The notes below the pieces were generated by a model. It was given only the letters and a program-made list of their open reading frames with translations, made no database searches and was not told where the DNA came from. Below, piece by piece: positions 12,273 to 28,100 of a stretch of 56,333 nucleotides of DNA. The position numbers and the translations under genes are program-made. The number at the start of each line of letters is the position of its first letter. Position 1 is the first letter of the stretch. Source of the stretch: Polymyxa betae A26-41 (Eukaryota; Protista; Endomyxa: Phytomyxea); the NCBI GenBank assembly GCA_003693705.1, contig RBZT01000504.1, forward strand, positions 1 through 56,333, read 5' to 3'.

Positions 12273-12372
12273 CTCATCGGCGCGTGCAATGTTTAACCTA
12301 TATAAGCGAACAGACTGATCATCTACGATAAATTCATTGTGGTATAATAAATCAATGAGGTAATGAATGCAT

Positions 12373-13458
12373 CTAAAATGCCAAAGCATCGTCCAGCTCG
12401 CCGGCTTCGTCGAGCTCAATAATAATATCGAGACCACCAACCAGCTCGCCTCGTACATATACTTGAGGGTAGGTTGGCCATTGCGAAAACTTCTTCAAAC
12501 CTTCGCGAACCTCATTATCCTCGAGGATGTTAAACGACCCGAAGTCGACCCTGTGGGTTTTCAGTATTTCGACCAGCTTACGGCTGAAGCCACATTGAGG
12601 TGCTTCAGGCGACCCCTTCATGAAGACCATAACCGGCGATGACGCGATCAGCGATCGCAGACGGTCCTCAAGCGACTGCTGTGTTCGACCGGCAGCGTTT
12701 TGCAGCATGTCATCGAGTTCTTCGGCCTCATCCAATTCCGTCACGATATCCAATCCTCCAACGAACTGAAGGCATAAAGTTAGAAACTCGAAACCCCAAT
12801 GCTTGGAAGAAGAATGAACCAAATCTGTCTAACCTCTCCCTTAATCCAGAGCTGAGGATACGTCTTCCAGTTGGCGAACGTCTTCAGGCCTTGACGGACA
12901 GTTTCGTCGGTCAGAATATCAAAGTGACCAAACTCGACGTTTTTCGACTTAAGCAGCGCAACGATCTTGGCGCTGAAGCCACATTTCGGCTGGTCTGGCG
13001 ACCCCTTCATGAACAACATGATCGGGCGCTGGTTCACAATCCGTCTCAGATCAAGATTTGGATCTCTAAGATTTTCTCCAGATTCAGCAGCGACCTTTCT
13101 AACGGCATTGGCCACGCTCTTCACATCAGCGCTTTCAATTCTTTCCACCTCAGCGCCGCTTTGCAAAACTAACGTTGTCGGTGCCGAGTTTACCCGAAAG
13201 CGCTTCGCCAGCTCAGGGACTTGATCGGCATCAATCTAAGCAAATCACTTAGAGGGCGGCGTGTTTGAGGGGATGGTAGATTACTGTAACAAAGGCGACC
13301 GATGGGTAATCTTCGGATAACTGACCGGCTAAGCTCAGCATCTGCTTGCAGGGTTCGTGCCATGTAGCATAGAACAATGCTACGACGGGCGACTGGCCTT
13401 GGGAAAGGAATTGGTCGAATTCGGCAGTGCTGCCGATCGGAACGACAGCAGGCGGCAT
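12373..13458 (-). CDS. GLRX3: Multidomain monothiol glutaredoxin (Trx + 2 Grx; PICOT/Grx3/4 type)
   Basis: N-terminal Trx-like WHEPC domain; two FMKG.P..P.CGFS...WxTYPQ Grx domains. Confidence 0.93.
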
Positions 13459-13949
13459 TGTCAATATGCTTTCAAACCGGAAATGATGTCGAAATTGCAA
13501 TTCAGCGGAATATCCGTGAAAATATTGCGTAATTTTTTCATAAAAATACAAAATAATGTTGATTTATTGGCAGACCTACTAGTAACATTCGAAGTAGAAA
13601 GGACTGCATCCCAGAACGCCAATTCGTGAGTCTTGGCGCGGAGATACCTCCTTGTTATTCCATTTGATTTTTCACATATTGCAGGTCCCATAAACTCAAA
13701 ATGTACATGAGAGGAGGCCTTCGTAGCCAATAAAATTTAATAACTATGTCGTCCAACCATCATTCAGAAACTTGCGCGAAAAAGGTTCTGGAATTTGACA
13801 AACCCAAGACTTTAGCAAATGTTCGAAGCAGGTTCAAGTTTGAATTTGAGATTTACTATCAATAATAGAAGCCGTCACAAAGTGCAAGAAAAACAGACGC
13901 CGCTTAAACTTTAAACTCAAAAAAAAGCTTGATGAAAAAACGCATGTGA

Positions 13950-14310
13950 ACGCCAAGAATATGAAATCGATGAAAATAGTGACCACGCTGTTGCAGCAGC
14001 AGCAACACTGGCAAACTAATGTTGTTAAGATTTGGAACATGATGAAATGACATCCGGTTCATAACGACTATAGACCATCGCTAAATCCCAAATGGTAACT
14101 CTAAAAGATTCGACAAAAATTTCTCCAGAGAACAGAGTGATCTATGCATCTCCATACTTAAAGAATATGGTCAGGATTAGGGCCAATTCTTGATCAGCTT
14201 TGATACATGAGTCGCGAGATATAAATCTAAAATCCCGGATCAATAGTGATGGTTCTTGCAGCATTGAATCGTGGGCAGACTATTGATAGGTGTGCAGAAA
14301 TCAACTGATG
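13950..14310 (+). pseudogene. Possible ankyrin-repeat gene relic
   Basis: DENSDHAVAAAA, LIHESRDINLK, TIDRCAEIN (LIDRGAEIN-like) separated by stops and frameshifts. Confidence 0.3.
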
Positions 14311-14464
14311 ACTTCGGCTTGTTTATCCGTTTTCTTTATACAAGTCGGTGGTGAGCTAAACTAAGCCGAATACCACAAACATGAGAAACAGTTCATTCGG
14401 GTCATCGTTGCAAGCGTTCCGCCTCAATCCACCACTTTTCGCCGTGATTTTGGAGTTTGTCTTG

Positions 14465-16161
14465 TTAGAAACCCGGATCGCGATATGACGTGATGTCATC
14501 GCTCAGACTTAGATATGATTCTCGGATGTGGTCCAAAGTATCAGTTTCGATGGAATATCGAGCTGCGGCCATCGCCGGGCTCAGGCTTTGAGCAGACCGA
14601 GTTAATTGCAGAATTCGATCAAACAACGGTTCTAAAGAAGGAATGTTCATTTCCCGATATACGAATAGAAGGGGAAACGTACCCGCGCTGGTCCATTCGG
14701 CAAAGGCACCGACCGAAACGCGTCTAGCATAACGAGACGGAGGCCGGCGGCCTTCAGCCAACGGCGATCCGACTGGAACGGAGATCGGGCTCGTCAGGTT
14801 GCATTCGGCTTCGGCTTCTTGGCCGATCGCTACTCGATATTGTCGCATGAATCGTCGATCTAACAAGGTATCAGCAATCGGATGCAGCAACACAGATTTC
14901 TGGTTAGAAAAAAATCCTTCAAGACCTGTTGGCTCTTCATGTAGCGAAGCTTGTAGCGATGCAAATCGCAGAGATGGATCGAAAACCAACGAGCGCAACA
15001 GGTCAGCGCTGGAGAAGTCTCGGGATGAACGGCGGTAGCAAGCCGAGCCGGCATACAAAGCAAAAGCCTGGAAGATCGTGCCAATCTGGACTTCGTTAGG
15101 TCGGGTTTGCGATAGAAGCCGAACGTCTCACCTTCATGTCGGCGGTGGGCTCCCGATCAAAGACCAGGGCGCTGCTGCATTCGTATAATCGAAGGCAGGC
15201 CATCATCCGATTGAACACGGCGTCGGCATCGCTATTCGGGGCGGCAGACCAGATCGGCAGCGTAATCAGGCTCTGCCGAGACGTACAGAAATCGTCACGA
15301 ACCTGCTCTAGGACCACCGATGCTACTGCTCCATGCAGCTATAAACACGAAATCGTTATAAACAAGACCACAGAAAACGTCACATAGTGAAAGCAGCGCA
15401 AAACGTTTTTTAAAATTTTGAATCATTTGCCAAATAAAAAAAAGCATATGATAAAGGAAAGCGAAGAGGGCTCAGCCTCGGGCATACCGAATCGACATCA
15501 GTCAATGTGTGAATGGTCTCCAGCGTGTCACATTTCTCTATCTACGTCTATGAATAAATGGAAGAATGACAAGAAAGCTGTCTCGAACCTGGCGCCGGAC
15601 AGCATCGGTGGCGTCATCCAGGACCCGATCGATCAGCTCCAGGCCGTTCTGGAAAAGGTCGCCGACCACGTTCGGCAGCCGGACCTGGTTTTGACGGCCT
15701 AATCGGATGCCGGCTTTCGATAACGTTCTGATCCACTAAAGGCAGGCATGAGCAGTACGACGACACGAAGTTAAAATCGATACCGATTCGACGCCTTCGA
15801 TAGTCGACGATGACGCAGGCAGATTATGAATGACGCGCTTGCCAACCCTACGATTGTCAACGCCAGAAACGCCTACGAACTTCTCTTACCAAGTGTCGAT
15901 GTCTTTCTGATCGTCTGGGTTCAAAACCGGCTGCTGAAACGACGATTGCAGATCGAAGGCGACGAGGCGAGGCTCTGCCCCATGTAACATTACATTGTGA
16001 GCGATAACATCGCTGGGGACAGTGGCCTGGGCCGAGATCTATCACCATCATCAGCACAGCTCATGGCCCAGCCCGAAATTGGGCTTTACCAAGAGGTCCA
16101 AGAACTGGCTCCCGATCAGGTTCGAAATCGGTCCGAACTGCAGCTGGATCGCCTCTCGCAT
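14465..16161 (-). CDS. MSTO1: Misato/DML1 tubulin-FtsZ-like protein (multi-exon)
   Basis: Spliced: MREAIQLQFGPISNLIG, PRLVAFDL, VRRQ|IEKCDTLETIHTLTDVDS|LHGAVASVVLEQVRDDF, resembling Misato MHEIITLQLG / PR.V.YDL / EECD.LQGF..GF.G.A...E...DEY. Confidence 0.8.
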
Positions 16162-16467
16162 GGTCACCGCGATCCTCGATTTCGCACTCCGCAAATCAGC
16201 AAATAGCGTTTCCAATTGTAGCGAGGACCACGAAGTTTGAAATTGCAAGCTCGCAACTGACACTTTATTTGTGAAATTAATTTCAACAGCAAAGCAACCG
16301 ATGAATTGGTTAGAAGCCAAAAGGCGACAACCCTTAAGTTTCTAATGCTATGCCGCTATGGGTTGAAAACCACGCGAATCGGCAAGAAAATGATGCCTGC
16401 ATATAATAATGTCTTTATCCAATTCGAAAACATTTTCCAAGGCGTACGCCAACAGATATTCATCGAG

Positions 16468-16996
16468 ATGCATCCCAAGAAAATGTCGCCTTCCTCATCA
16501 GGTCCGTTTCTGACGGAATCGAGGGCCTCGTATCAATGGCCACCAGCACAGAAACAGGCGTCGTCGACAATCCCTGCTCGCATCTGCCCGACCGAACCTT
16601 TCCAGAGGACCGACGTTCGTGAAGGGCTCGACCGTCATCTTCTATTCACCCATCTCGGTGCCGAAAACGTCGCCGCCCAGTTTGTCACCTCCTCTCAACG
16701 AATGTCATCAAACATAATTGATAAGGTGCCGGCGCCCTCCCTTCTGGCCAAACGGCAAGCCTTCTGGGAAGCGGATCGTAACCAATCCGGGCGACGAACC
16801 GCCAGCACGACGAACTCGCAATTTTACGCTCCAGTAAGCCAAGAGCAGCTGAAACTCCAGCTCTCCCTGAACCGCTCAATTCAGTCGAAAGCGGCTCTGG
16901 GGACGCCATCGCTTTCGTAAGTAATATCGAAATCAATAAAGAGTTGAGATGGGCGTCGATGCGTTCAGGGTGCGGCGCGGCCTGCTTGAAGCTTGA
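16468..16996 (+). CDS. Uncharacterised ~160 aa protein, possibly a flagellar microtubule-inner-protein-like (2 exons)
   Basis: Long ORF with a gtaagt..ttcag intron to a TGA at 16994-16996; recurring short motifs FLTESRASYQWP, QFVTSSQ, STTNSQFY. Confidence 0.5.
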
Positions 16997-17083
16997 GCCC
17001 GACTTGTTGAGCTTGTTCAGGGGCGGACTTCTCTGCTTTTTACTTCCCATTTCTATAAGCCGGCATTGGTTGTTGCCGTATCC

Positions 17084-19271
<2,188 letters not shown>

Positions 19272-19379
19272 AGCTCATCAATTGTTCATAATATAAATTA
19301 CACAGATTGCAATGGGTCGTCATTCTATAGTTTATGATGATTATATCTATTTTAGTTCAGAGAAAAATTTGCCAATGTG

Positions 19380-20153
19380 TTATGCAGCATCTGCGGGTGT
19401 GATCCAGCTGCGATAAAATCCCTGCCCAGCTTTGAAAACTATCATGATACTTAGCACGAACACAAAGACCCAGGCGACTGCAGTGATCAGGCCAATAGCA
19501 ACGGCGCCTAATGCTGCAGCAATGACAGCTACCCAGAATGCAACTACCAAACCAATTGCTGCTGCCATCAAAAAAACTCCAATTATTGCAGGACACGACA
19601 CCAATAGCAACAGTATCAGAGCAACAGCCATCTTGGGGTTTTCTTTCGCCTTTTGAACTTGTAGCTTTGACTTCTGAACTAGACCTGACATGAATTCAAA
19701 GAAGACATTCATGAACGTTTGCGTCTCTTGAGATCGCGAAACAGCAGTTAAAAAGAGTGGCGGAGGTGGCAAATCTGAGCGGTTTTGATTATTTGGAAGA
19801 TTATCTCGCCCTTCTGGTTGAAAATATCCCTTAGAGTTGGTTCCAGTCTTAGCGCTGTCATTTGTCTTAATAATAGCAGGCATGTTGCTTTTTGGGCCCT
19901 CATACAGCTGCCGATTGTCAACCGGGTGAAGTTCATCTATAGTCCTCTCAACACGGCCTTCAATTTCCTGCTGGGTGATCTTCTGAGAAGCAGCGACGTC
20001 TTTCTCCGAGATATCGGGCAAACTGACCGGGATAAATTTATCGAACTCTGTTGACTTGGTCTGGTCCTGGCCTGGCTTGGATGCTTGCAGAGGGGCGGGA
20101 GCAGCCGGACCTGAGCCGGGGCCGGCAGCCTTACTTGTCTTTCCTTTGGCCAT
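19380..20153 (-). CDS. Uncharacterised protein with a ~65-residue C-terminal hydrophobic stretch
   Basis: Intronless ORF MAKGKTSK...; long uncharged segment MAVALILLL...LSIMIVF. Confidence 0.65.
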   Translation of the reverse strand: MAKGKTSKAAGPGSGPAAPAPLQASKPGQDQTKSTEFDKFIPVSLPDISEKDVAASQKITQQEIEGRVERTIDELHPVDNRQLYEGPKSNMPAIIKTNDSAKTGTNSKGYFQPEGRDNLPNNQNRSDLPPPPLFLTAVSRSQETQTFMNVFFEFMSGLVQKSKLQVQKAKENPKMAVALILLLLVSCPAIIGVFLMAAAIGLVVAFWVAVIAAALGAVAIGLITAVAWVFVFVLSIMIVFKAGQGFYRSWITPADAA

Positions 20154-20373
20154 AGAGACAGTCACCTTCAGGGTCTTGAAAAGCAAAAATGGCCATTGAT
20201 AAACGCAATTGTTCCGTTCATTAATGAAAGTGTGGGGGGACACTCGACAAGTCTGCGTTGCGACTTCAACCTACTGAACGCAGACGTGGAATGTAACAAT
20301 AGCACCACGTCGTAATCGATGTGGAGGGGCATTACTGTATTGAAAGCTTTCAAGTTTTTGAAGCTTCAGTCTT

Positions 20374-21128
20374 TCACCAGTCGTCGTCATCATCGTCGTC
20401 AGATGCAGGACTGGCGCCTGGCCGACCGAACTGTACTTTAGTCTTGAGCAACTCTTTCCTGGGATCACGATCCAGACTGGAATGCAGCATGCCTTTAACG
20501 CTGTGAGCCAGAACCCATTCGACCACATCCGCGGTTGTCTTCAACCCGGCCCAGGCCGAGATATGCACGAACTGGCTGACAATATTACCATTCTTATAGA
20601 CCAGAACGGTCGGGCATTTCTCTCTGGGGAAGTTTGGGATCGCTTCTTGCGCCACGATTCTCACAAATTTGACTGTTGGAAATCGGCGAGCGACCTCTTC
20701 CAAGCAATGGTTTAGCAGCGAGCAAGCCTCAGACCCATTTTCCATCAGATGAACGACAACGTAGCATTCATTGCTAGCATCGGTAACAGCTTTCTTGTAA
20801 TCTGTCTGACCAACTGCAAACAGACTTCCGAATCGACTTTGACGCTGCTGCTCTTTTAGTTCTGCTAAGCGCTTCTTACGATAGAATTCCAGCGTATCTT
20901 CTTCGATGTCGTCTTCATTTTCGTGAAGCTGCTGCATTGACATAGATTCATAGACATTTCTATTCAGTTATCAGGATACGATCTCGCAGAGGCGTATACT
21001 TTTGCATACATGGCTTCTGCAGCTTTTCGAAGAGCCTCGTGCTGGTCTTCTTCAGAAGCGACTTTGGGAGGTGGCGCCATAATGCCATGCCTAATCAGGG
21101 CGTCTTCCCATTCGGTTTTGCCGGCCAT
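20374..21128 (-). CDS. PDCL3: Phosducin-like protein (PhLP2/PDCL3 type), 2 exons
   Basis: TEWEDALIRHGI; YRKKRLAELK..SRFG; VVVHL; FPTVKFVRI; AIPNFP...PTVLVY. Confidence 0.9.
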
Positions 21129-21419
21129 TTTAATAACGCCTTTGAGACAGTCTGCAGGCTACACGGAAAGGGGGTCGACAGATAGGAGGTCTTTCCCGGA
21201 CTTGAAGTTTTCGAAAAAATCGATCTTACATGTGTACAGACTTGAGGAATAATATCTTCTAGAATTGTTGGTTTTACGCTAACAGCCACTGGTATTCGAA
21301 ATGCGGCTTACTATATATTTCGAAATCTGTTTACTTCGTGTCATGACATTACTGCAAAGTCCACCAGGTGGCTGATAAATCACCGAAAATACACGGTTTA
21401 CTAGGCCAGATCTGAGCCT

Positions 21420-21830
21420 CCATTGCATTGGACAATGCGCTCAGTATGACCGTTGTTCTATTGCTAGTTCATTTTCAGTTGATACTCAGAATAACCGGTT
21501 ATGCAGCAGCCATAGCCAGACCCGAGTTATTGGTTTAAACAATGGCAATTTAAGGCGCCGCTTCAAACTGCCCAATGGAATGCATTGATGTAGTGCAATT
21601 TCCTGCTCTAAATCTGCAAAGTTAATAATCGAGTGCATGGTTTTACATTTCAATATCAGACTCTGGAATGATAAACCTGCTTACAAAAATGTCGCGATAA
21701 TAACCGAATCTCGATTACCAGATGTTATGCAAACAAATGCAACCTGTGCAGAATCCTCCCTTTAATTATTGGCGACCGCCTGAATCTTGTTTTTCAATGG
21801 GTCATGTTACGTGCCGCCCAGTCTTCTATG
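21420..21830 (-). pseudogene. Possible ankyrin-repeat relic
   Basis: Fragments DWAARN, NAFHWAV*SG, NNGHTERIV in broken frames. Confidence 0.25.
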
Positions 21831-22194
21831 ATTTGAAAGATTTTAAAATAGGGATGAAACTTGAACGTTATGGCAAATCATTCTAGCAGCAATTGCTGAG
21901 CATTTTGTTGTATGTACAATCCGGACTCCAGAGTCAAAAGCTACTTCTACAAAAATACGGCTCGATTGGATTTAGGATAACTATTGGGGTCTTTCTTTGT
22001 CGCTAACAGTCTATGTTGCAGATTACTCAAACGAAGAACTATACTTTAGAAATACGAGCATTCTGAAACTGGAAATCGGATTGACAAACTTCAAATTACA
22101 GCAATCTGACTCGTGTCGTATTATCGAATGAGATATCGAAATCAAATTTCTATCAGTTGTATATTGTTTATACCACTTTGTTGTAAATGCAAGG

Positions 22195-25100
22195 CTAATT
22201 TTGATGCCCAGTTAGTTCGGGAAGCTCGTCATGCTCAAGGTCACCATCTTGTGAAGCTGCACAATGATAGAGCTCATGAAGACAGGCGAGCACAGCGGCC
22301 GCCCTTTCGCTTTCTGTTGTTATTCTGACATCTTCGTCTACCTCGAGCACTTTAAACAGATCGACATCCGGCAATTTTTTAATGAAATCTTGAGCATCAC
22401 TGAGTGACTCCACTAGTGGTGGAGACGAAATCTCTCCAGAAAACTTGTGATCGGGATTGATTACAGATTCGGAAATGTATTCTTGCAGATAGCCCAATAA
22501 TATGCTTCTATCGTCCTGATCGACGACTCTAGCACCGTAATTAATATTAGCTAAGATCTCGCGGAGATGATTAAACTGTATCGTTTCATTATCGTTCAGA
22601 GATGATCGAATTTGCGACAAAGAAATCTCGAAATCACTATGCATCCACTGATATTTTTCCTTCCAGGCATTTCTGTATCTAGATCGGGTCTCCAAAACTG
22701 CATGGAAGTATGCCAAAGCGAACGCCACTTTCTGAAGAACGATAGGTTGTGAGCATTCTTGCAGCGAATTTGATGGAAGATTTTCATAGATTGCTAAAAG
22801 GTTGCTTTGAATGTCACGAGGTTTCTCCAAAGCCACTTTTACACAGCTATGAAGCAGCTCTACAGGGAAATCGTCCACCGAGCTTGCAGATAAGAACAGT
22901 CTGAACCCAGATTTGCCATTTTCGTCATCCTTGCACGATTCAATAGTCGCTGTCAAGATGGGAACTAATTCTCGAGCCAAATGACAATTTTGTATCAGCA
23001 CCCAATCACAAGAAGTTTTCGCTTTCGAAATTGTTTCTTGAATAAACGATTGCTGTCCTGCACCGAGTGATATTGATATAACCTTGGTTGTGATATTGAT
23101 TTGTCGTGCGGTCCGGGTCAGTATGACAGATGGATCAGCACCTGTATCCAGCAGGAACAGGATTACAGAATTGCAATTACGAATAAACTCGTGGAGGTTA
23201 TCAGATGTGCCACCAATTAATTCGTCTCCTAGGATGGTTCGGACAAAGTGCTGCATTTCAAAGAAAACCCGAGGTTTCCTGACAGTCTTGACAACAATCA
23301 TTTTCTGGAATGGTGTCAGCCTCGTATGCCAGTTGGCAGGAATTGGAGCAAATGAAGCGTCCTGATCAGACATGAACGCCGCCCAATCCGAGTTAGTAAT
23401 GAGGTCCTCTCCAAGACCAGAAAACGCCGATATTGCAGATAAATTGACCAATTCAGTCCAGGTTTCTTGATTCATCCATCCTTTGGCTCTTTCAGGGATG
23501 CCAGCTGGTAGGTGAGAGCCTTTTGCTGTTGGAGCCCCCTTGAGGAATATGCTGATTTCAGACTCAAATCCAGCTGCATTGTGGGAGTATTCTAAAGAAA
23601 GCAGAACTGCGAAAATTAATCGATGTTCTTCAAACAAAGATCTGGTAACAGCAGAAAAAAGAAACTTTGTCATCGTCTTCGTTAGAGAATCGATTCGATT
23701 TAAGTCTTGAAGTTCTTTTGTCAGTTGAAGGCAATTCTCAAAATCGGCAACAAATTCGATTAAGGAGAATTTGTACATGGGGCATACCTATCAAATTTAA
23801 GGCCTCAACAGGTGGATGGATATATTTGAAACATACCAACGACATATTATTCGCCGCAAAGTATATAGATGTTCCACGTTGGGCAATTGAGCGATACTGA
23901 TTTCGTGTGGTTCTAATCTCAGTCAGAGTAGCTTCGGTCTCAAGCAAAGCTGTCTGTATAACAGCGAATGTGGCAGCACTCGAACCGAGTTCCTCGACCA
24001 GGCTGATATCGTCCAGTATTGAGCCTCGACATGAAGAAAGCATTTTTAGAATCTTGTCTTCTAGGTCGATCATTTGCTGTCAAACGCTGAATGATAGGAT
24101 TTCCAGTTCCAGTACACTTACTGTATTACTATCCGATACTTGCAACAGCATCGCTTTATACTTATCTTCAGTATCGTTGCGTTCATTGTTGATTACAATA
24201 CTGAGCAATTTCTCATCCAAGATTGGTCGGGTTACAGTGAAATCCAAGGCCGTAAATAACACAAATAAATCGGGGGAATAATGAGGCTTCGGCAACCTTG
24301 TCGTCATATACAGTTTGAAATTTGCAGAATACGAGACTGAATGGTCGTTCATACGTAAATACCAACGCCCATCTTCCGTGTAAAACTGATTAGCATACTT
24401 AGCAGATTCCATTATTAGTAGCGCGCTCAAACCTGCTTAAGCAATACAGGATATAATCGGAAATCAAGGGATTCGCCAACATCTTCAAGCAGGACAGGAT
24501 CTCCAGCAACGATGGATTCTTCAATCACCGTGTTGAAGTTAGGATCTGAAGCTTTGCAAACCTTCAGATTATGTCCACCCTCGAGCGACTTAATCCATCT
24601 CTTTCCCTGTTCTTGTGGGTCGATAAGTAACGGCCAACGACGACCACGATAAAGGATTAAAGCATTCTCAATGGAGTCTAGAACTGAGTTAAGCCCAATC
24701 AAATAGATAGTTTTGTAACACATACAAGCATCCGGAGAGAGGCCATGTGAACACCATTCTTTGATTGTAAGAGCGTCTCCAAAAAGCTCAAGTAAAGGAT
24801 GGCGTTGTGAGGTACTTAACGAAACATTGGTGCAAAATGCGGTCCAATCCTTAAGCAATCCATCTCTGACAACCTGAGGAAAAGGACCAAGATAGGCGAT
24901 TTGTGCCGCCGCCAGAAGAACGTCACCAGGAAGAGTTTTTGCCCGAGATTCCAGCTCGCTCAATTTCGTATTCCAGCGACTTCCCTCGTTGGAAAAATGC
25001 TGCATAAGTTTTTCCGCACGTTCTAAGCGTTGAGATAAGACATCTCCTTGCACTCTTAACGCCGTTTGAGCTGATAAACTTTGTTTGTGCTGATTGTTGA

Positions 25101-28100
25101 GAGATTCAATGCGGCTCTGAACTTCAAACAGCATGTCCTTCTTGGCATTTAGAATCTCTTGCGATTTACTAAGATTCTCTTTAGCCTGCTCCAGAGCACG
25201 ACGTTTGGGCTCAACATGTTCGTAGATAATGGCATACTTGTAAATGGAGCACACCCACTGACAGAGAGATGTGATGGCGCTTGAGACCATACTGGTTTTC
25301 TCGGGGTCAAAATCAGGGTTTTCTATGTAGATTTGTAGTTTCTTCAGCGTTTTGTTAGAAATCGAGGTTTTGTCAAATCCTTTTAATATGTCAAGAATCT
25401 GCATGTCGCCTAATAAGCGCTTTGAGGCAGCCCAAGTTTGTGGTTCACCCAAAAGCAAACAAACAGCAGACATCACCAATTCAACAAGTTTTGGCGGGTT
25501 AGAAAATGTTTTAAGAACAGCCAGATCGTCTTTGTTAATGGTGTTCAATGATGCCATTGCGGCCTCTAAAGCCGGCAGTGCTTCTTGCAGATCTTGTTCG
25601 CACTCGTTTTTGATAACTTCTACTCGTCTAGTCAGCTCTCCGAATTCGGTTGCCTCCTTTTCGCATATTTCCGATTTTTGATTGGCCTCTGCTTGCTCGC
25701 GTTCCAGAACGGTCAACAGCCCATTTGAGCGTTCAACTGCTGTTTGTAATTCTGTTTGCAACAGCTGGGAGCTATCCCGTAAGCGAATTACCAAATCGTT
25801 TGACTCCCTCAGTTTTGATAGACCAGCCATGTACTTCTCAATGCCTTGTGAGTTCTTATCCCGTTGCTCTTGCAGCATTAATAAGTAAAGTTTTACCAGC
25901 TCTAGATAGGCGGTTGCCGTATGGTATACATTGACATCATGCGAAGTTAGATAGAGCTTACAAGCGTTAATGACAGTCTGGTGTACGTGAACACATGTCT
26001 GGCATATGGGGTCTTCAAGCTCAACAATATCCAATCGACCGACTTTGGTACGAACGAACTTTTGGGCAACAGTATATAATTGCTGAACTGACCATGCTTG
26101 GTATGAATCGACCGTAAATCGTCCCAGATAAGGGAACGCTCGACAGCGCCGATTAAACAGAGGGGAGTCTGGGTTTAATGTCGCAACAATATGAACGTTG
26201 GACTTGACGCACTTGTGGAAATGAGCAATAGTTTCGTCCCGGTTATTCAGAGAGACACCAGTAGAATCAGCGGCGACTTTCACACGGATCAAAACTTGTT
26301 CGAACTCTTCGTTGCTGAATAAATGGTCTAGATCACCGCTGCTCACAAAATATTTTAGATCGATTAGGAGAGTATCGTTGCTGATGTTTGAGTCAGGAAC
26401 ACACCAAACTACTGGTTGGTTATCGGCTCCTGCAATAGTGATGAGCTTTTGGAGATCTGCATGAAGATTCTTCATCGAGCTTAAGGATGCTCGGCTGGCA
26501 ACAATGCAAGGCATATTGCAAATATGCGAAGCCAGCCGAGTTAGGCTTTGACGCCCGGTTGCACCAGGCCCGATAAGAGCAGAATGTGAGCCGGGAATAC
26601 GAAGAAGCCTGCAAAGACGACATAAATGCAGTACGGCGTCTTCAAAAAGAACCAAATTCAACTGGTTGTTAGGGTTGGTCTGATTGAACCCGTCCAAAAA
26701 ACTGGTCAACGTTGTTAGCAGCTTGATCTTTTCAGTTACCGGAGCGTATATCGATTCGTTCCCATTAACAGCAATGCTATACGTTAAGGAGAGATCAGGA
26801 GAAATTCCTGGAATGGCTGCACGTACCACTTCGTTAACTGTCGAATCGATAGCGTCGGTGTCAATGGGATTGCTGAATCGATCCCGGATAACTCTCATGA
26901 ATTCATGAGCCCAAAAGTTGACAAAGCTGGCCTTGTCGGCAAATTTATGGGAAACGCCAGCAAGCAGCATTCCCTTGCAAATTTTCTTATAATCGTGGAA
27001 ACTGAATAAATACTCCGGATAGAAGTTGATAGACTTGCGAAGCTGGCGCTGCAAACGCTGGGCGATCGCTAGTTGGGCAGTTATGAGCAACTTCGCGCAT
27101 TCGTCGAGCTCGGGATTTGATGCCCGAACGAATGTTGATATGATTGCTCCAAATATCGCTCTCGTGCAAGCGTCAGTAGGTTCAGCCCACCATAATAGCT
27201 GGAAATGACGAACCAGTCTAGGTGATAAGACCGGCCGGTTGCAAACACCTGCAATTGTTGGAGACATTGCACATATGAAGACTTCATCCACGAGGCGTTT
27301 GAAGGTAAGCTTATGAGGATCGTGAAATCCTTTAGAATCCAAGCATTGACGAATAAATTCCACAGCAGCAGGACCAGTCTCTGGATTTAGCAACGGTAGA
27401 TTAACATCATCAACAAAAAAAGCGAGTTTCTTTCCGGCTGGTGGGCCTAAGATGGCTCTACGTTTGGCATCCACCCTACGCTCTATTTGCTCATGAATGT
27501 TGTTCACATTCGAAAGCGCAGACATTAAAAGGGGGATGGTTTGCAGACGTTGGCTGGCATTTTGAAGGAAAGATTGTATCACTACGCTCTTCCCAACTCC
27601 TGGTTTGCTGCCAAATAAGGAATGTGAGCCGACAGAAGTAAATGCTTCAAGTAAGAAGCGGTATCGAACAGTATCCGTTGTAGGGACTACAAGCAAATCA
27701 ATTGAATGAGATGGATCGAATTCAAAAGTCTCGAGTTTTTGAGACCAAGCAAGATAAGCTGCTCTTTCGCTTGAAACGAAATAGTCATAAACAGAGCCTT
27801 GTTCGGGTGGCAAAGGGATTCCAGATGATCGCCCTTTAGCAAATTTACCACGAATAAATGTAGAGAATGCAGTCTGAGAACGATCATCCAGATTGGCTCC
27901 TAATGACCAAACGATTGCGAATAAGAAGTACATTGCCGTAACTCGATTCACGCCATCCTCGCCATGTAATGATGGATCTGCTCCACGCTCTGGGACCAGA
28001 AGAATGTCGAGCAGATTTAAGCATGAGCTTACTAAGTTCAGATCCGTCGATTTAGTGTTCTCTGTGCAGTTGGTTCGGATAAATTCCAGAATCGGAGGAA

